From a virus: a stretch of DNA of 64,000 nucleotides. Location of the stretch: IMG/VR virus record IMGVR_UViG_3300025598_002228, positions 5,029 through 69,028 of that record, one strand, 5' to 3'. Under the pieces are notes generated by a model that was not told the origin of the DNA, searched no databases, and saw only the letters and a list, made by a program, of their open reading frames with translations. Below, piece by piece: positions 61,181-64,000 of the stretch (position 1 is the first letter of the stretch; the number at the start of each line of letters is the position of its first letter). Position numbers and translations under genes: made by a program.

Positions 61181-61750
61181 ATGAAAAAAACAATGTTATC
61201 CTTTATCAGGACAAGCAGGCTATTGAAGCCATTAGTAATTTGTGTGCTATTTTCTACATTATCATTAACCATTAAAGCGGGTACACCCGAAGATGTAACA
61301 GTACCCTCTGGCGCATCAGTACCGTTACAAGTAGCGCAGAAAATTTCCACATCCCATCAGAAACATAAAGCAGGGGAAAAAATAGCTTTAACCGTAACAT
61401 CTGATGTAAGTGTTAATGGTAAAGTAGTGATTAAAGGGGGTTCGGCTGCTGAGGGGGTTATCAAGGAATTTAAAAAGCAGAAAGGCTTAGGTAAACAGGG
61501 TATAATTAAAATAGAGATTCTAAATGTAAAGGCTGTTGACGGCAGCACAATAGCTTTATCGCCTTGCCCTATATCTGATGAAGGCGAAAAAAGGCTCGGT
61601 TTGGCATTAGGGCTTGGATTAGGTTTGGGGCTTCTTGTTATGCCGCCCTTATTAGCTTGTATGGCAATAAAAGGGAAGCCAGCAAACATAGAATCGGGGT
61701 ATAGTTTAAACTGTACTGTATTAAGTAATACAACCGTAAAAGTTCAATAA
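61181..61750 (+). CDS. Secreted/membrane beta-rich protein
   Basis: Signal peptide, VSVNGKVVIK.G, C-terminal hydrophobic hairpin. Confidence 0.65.
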   Translation: MKKTMLSFIRTSRLLKPLVICVLFSTLSLTIKAGTPEDVTVPSGASVPLQVAQKISTSHQKHKAGEKIALTVTSDVSVNGKVVIKGGSAAEGVIKEFKKQKGLGKQGIIKIEILNVKAVDGSTIALSPCPISDEGEKRLGLALGLGLGLGLLVMPPLLACMAIKGKPANIESGYSLNCTVLSNTTVKVQ

Positions 61751-61777
61751 ATTTTTAAATCAATAAATCAATAAGCA

Positions 61778-62230
61778 ATGAAAAAATCCTTCTTTTTCGG
61801 CATTTGCGCCTTTCTTTTAATTACGGCTATCAGTTCTTGTTCTAAGAATAACTCTGCTCCTGATTTAACTACGAACCTTGTTGGTGTATATTCAGGTAAT
61901 ATTGGAGATTCTCTTTATAGCGGTTCTTCATACACGCAAGCATCAAGTAGCGTAACTGTTACTAAAATTGACAATACGCATATTCAGGTAACGCCACAAA
62001 CAGGCTATATTCCTTTTACAGCTACTCTCACAGGCACTACTAATGGAGATTATATTGCAGTAAATTCGGGTACAGTTAACGGTACTACGTATGTTGGTGG
62101 TACATTCAATAGCATATCTATACCAGCAGGATTTAATGGACTATTCAATACGAATACCAATCAGTTTGCATATAGCTTGAATGCAAATAACGGCAATGGA
62201 TTTACGGAGCAATTTGTTGGAACTAAATAA
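61778..62230 (+). CDS. Lipoprotein
   Basis: MKKSFFFGICAFLLITAISSC lipobox. Confidence 0.75.
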   Translation: MKKSFFFGICAFLLITAISSCSKNNSAPDLTTNLVGVYSGNIGDSLYSGSSYTQASSSVTVTKIDNTHIQVTPQTGYIPFTATLTGTTNGDYIAVNSGTVNGTTYVGGTFNSISIPAGFNGLFNTNTNQFAYSLNANNGNGFTEQFVGTK

Positions 62231-62252
62231 TAGAATAGCTTTCCGAAAGTTT

Positions 62253-62282
62253 AAAGCCCCGCCATTAAAAGCGGGGCTTTTT
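62253..62282. terminator. Intrinsic terminator between convergent genes
   Basis: AAAGCCCCGC-CATTAAAA-GCGGGGCTTTTT. Confidence 0.85.
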
Positions 62283-62306
62283 ATTTAGCAAAAATAAGTA
62301 ACAAGG

Positions 62307-63320
62307 TTATTTAGCTTCTGCTGTTTTTTTTGCCTTCTTTTTGCGCGGGTAAACAATTCGTTTAACATCTCCCTTCGGTTTATAATCGGTAAAACACTTC
62401 TCATCGCTGACTGCATTCTCTATGGTTTCACCAAAAGCCTGATTTTGTGTTAAATCCCTTCGGTTATAACGGTAGCAAAATTCGGCTAAGTAAAAAGGCA
62501 GGTATTTTTTGCTTAACACATGGTATTGCCCCCTTATGCCATTTTTGATTATTGACCAAAAGCCTTCAATAGTGTTAGTATGCGTTTTACCCCTTGAATA
62601 CTCTTTCGCTGAATGGTTTATCACATACCTTTCAATAAGTTCATCCATCTTCTTATATGCCCTGTAATCGTCTGTAATCAATATGCTGTCTTTAGTCTTT
62701 ACTGTTTTCTTTAACAAGGATATGAGTTCTTTAGAAGTCAGCCTATCCATTACTTTGGCTACTACATGCCCCTTGCGCTGTACTATACCCGCTATGGGTA
62801 TCTTCTTAGTACCACGCCCTCTCTTTATTCTTTCATCCTTTCGGTCATATACGTTGCTCAAGTCGGCTACATTGCTCGGTACTACAGAAGGGTTATTGCG
62901 CTTTCTCGGCTTACCGCCTACATAGCTTTCGTCCATCTCTACTATGCCCTCCAACATTTCTCCCCAGTCGAGCATAGCACAGCGTACCCGCATAGCACTA
63001 TACCATGCTGTTTTATAGGTTACACCTATATCCCTGCTTATTTGCATTGCTGATATACCCTTTTTAGCATTTAGCATCAGAAAGATTAACTGAAACCATT
63101 TTGGTAGTGCTAACCTGCTTTGTTCAAATATTGTCTCATAAAGCACAGAATAGTCCCTGTTGCAGTCATTACAATGCCAGCGTATACCCGATTTCCTTCG
63201 GTACACTTTTATTGAGCCGCATAGCAGGCAGGCAGGCGTATCGCCCCATCTAACCTTTTCCAAATGAGCAATACATTTTTCATTGGTGTTGTACTTGGTA
63301 GAAAGCTGTGTTAAATTCAT
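62307..63320 (-). CDS. IS1595-family DDE transposase (second, divergent)
   Basis: CLLC..CNDC, KKGISAMQI..YKTAW, VEMDESY, TDD, TNTIEGFWS.IKNG, EFCYRYNRR. Confidence 0.93.
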   Translation of the reverse strand: MNLTQLSTKYNTNEKCIAHLEKVRWGDTPACLLCGSIKVYRRKSGIRWHCNDCNRDYSVLYETIFEQSRLALPKWFQLIFLMLNAKKGISAMQISRDIGVTYKTAWYSAMRVRCAMLDWGEMLEGIVEMDESYVGGKPRKRNNPSVVPSNVADLSNVYDRKDERIKRGRGTKKIPIAGIVQRKGHVVAKVMDRLTSKELISLLKKTVKTKDSILITDDYRAYKKMDELIERYVINHSAKEYSRGKTHTNTIEGFWSIIKNGIRGQYHVLSKKYLPFYLAEFCYRYNRRDLTQNQAFGETIENAVSDEKCFTDYKPKGDVKRIVYPRKKKAKKTAEAK

Positions 63321-63419
63321 TGCTTTTTCTTTTGTTTTAGTTATCTAATAAGTATCTTTGTATCTCAAACACGCATGATACGGTTGGCTCGTTGTGCCCT
63401 CACGGTCTTGCAAGTTTGA

Positions 63420-63495
63420 TGGTCAGTCGTACAGGATTTGAACCCGTATTTATAAGGTGAGCGCCTCATTGTTCTATCCGTTGAACTAACGACCG
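63420..63495 (-). ncRNA. tRNA-like element 1 (76 nt, CCA end, non-canonical anticodon loop)
   Basis: CGGTCGT/ACGACTG acceptor, GTTC/GAAC D-stem, ATGAG/CTTAT stem with 8-nt loop GCGCTCAC, ACGGG-TTCAAAT-CCTGT T-arm, ACCA. Confidence 0.7.
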
Positions 63496-63501
63496 AATTT
63501 T

Positions 63502-63531
63502 AAAAGTCCCTAAGCCAATAGGGGCTTTTTT
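63502..63531 (+). terminator. Hairpin terminator after unit 1
   Basis: AAAAGTCCCTA-AGCCAA-TAGGGGCTTTTTT. Confidence 0.7.
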
Positions 63532-63553
63532 ATTTCAAATAATTTGTATCTTC

Positions 63554-63628
63554 GTGGAGTGGATGGGTTTCGAACCCATTTCCCAGAGTGTGAAATTCGT
63601 GGATGTTAACCAATTACACCACCACCCC
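63554..63628 (-). ncRNA. tRNA-like element 2
   Basis: GGGGTGG/CCACTCC acceptor, GTGT/ACAT D-stem, bulged anticodon arm, ATGGG-TTCGAAA-CCCAT. Confidence 0.6.
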
Positions 63629-63663
63629 AAAACTCTCAGCATTAGTAGTGCTGAGGGTTTTTT
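63629..63663 (+). terminator. Hairpin terminator after unit 2
   Basis: AAAACTCTCAGCA-TTAGTAG-TGCTGAGGGTTTTTT. Confidence 0.75.
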
Positions 63664-63686
63664 GTTTTCAAATATTTCTTATCTTT

Positions 63687-63755
63687 GTGGAGCGGATGGG
63701 AATCGAACCCATTTTAGTAGCGTTGAGAATCGCACTTTTGACCTTCAACCGCCCC
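63687..63755 (-). ncRNA. tRNA-like element 3 (shrunken D-arm, tmRNA-end-like)
   Basis: GGGGCGG/CCGCTCC acceptor, ATGGG-TTCGATT-CCCAT T-arm, GCG-ATTCTCAA-CGC arm. Confidence 0.55.
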
Positions 63756-63758
63756 CCG

Positions 63759-63793
63759 AAAGCCTCAGATGTTAGAGCATCTGAGGCTTTTTT
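63759..63793 (+). terminator. Hairpin terminator after unit 3
   Basis: AAAGCCTCAGATG-TTAGAG-CATCTGAGGCTTTTTT. Confidence 0.75.
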
Positions 63794-64000
63794 ATTTTTC
63801 GGCAGTAAAGGTCGAAGTATATAGTCTGAAAAAGATTGCAGGTTTGTTGCAAAAAGATTGCAAAAACGTTGCAGGAAATTTATTTAAAAATGGAGGCGTA
63901 TATTTTGTCCAGTACGGCGTAATCTCCCCCTAAAAACTTAGGGTCATCTAAAGTTTTTGGTTCTATGTTTCGAAGGGTCTCACGTAGCGTTCTCCCTTGT

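Noticed and set aside
63420-63755. Canonical tRNA genes with assignable anticodons (e.g. Sec or Trp-UCA)
   Set aside because: Loops are 8-9 nt without canonical 7-nt geometry, there is no long Sec variable arm, and units 2-3 lack an encoded CCA.
63554-63824. ORFs MEWMGFEP.. and ..VERMGIEP..
   Set aside because: Typical translations of reverse-complement tRNA T-arms; they cross terminators.
62283-63930. Complete second IS1595 element
   Set aside because: A TIR-like 24-mer (GGGGAGATTACGCCGTACTGGACA, revcomp of 63906-63929) exists, but I found no partner repeat or TSD by eye.

Overview
AT-rich 64-kb segment of a large Bacteroidota-infecting virus or provirus. Host evidence: TAnnTTTG -7 promoters, no Shine-Dalgarno, Bacteroidota-phage protein families. 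Almost all genes from 1 to 54.7 kb lie on the minus strand. I see no terminase, portal, HK97 capsid or tail genes. Instead, ~19-40 kb holds an A32/FtsK-HerA-type packaging ATPase, three paralogous beta-rich ~200-250 aa proteins (candidate jelly-roll capsid proteins), more than 20 small membrane-anchored proteins, a zincin protease and cell-wall hydrolases; a beta-helix spike and a phosphatidylserine decarboxylase lie just to the left. This suggests an unusually large tailless, membrane-containing phage. Two giant polyvalent proteins follow (TopIB, ART, Nudix, DUF3140, MTase; strawberry-notch helicase). A recurrent xxGG motif sits at the domain boundaries of the first and recurs in other soluble proteins. 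Mobile and RNA elements: an intein-containing dnaB with an in-frame stop; a tnpB enclosed by 24-bp IS1595-like inverted repeats; a complete IS1595 transposon (TIRs plus 8-bp TSD) carrying an MmeI-like R-M gene; and a second IS1595 transposase next to three tRNA-like units, each with an antisense promoter and terminator. All family calls are by motif recognition only; no searches were run.
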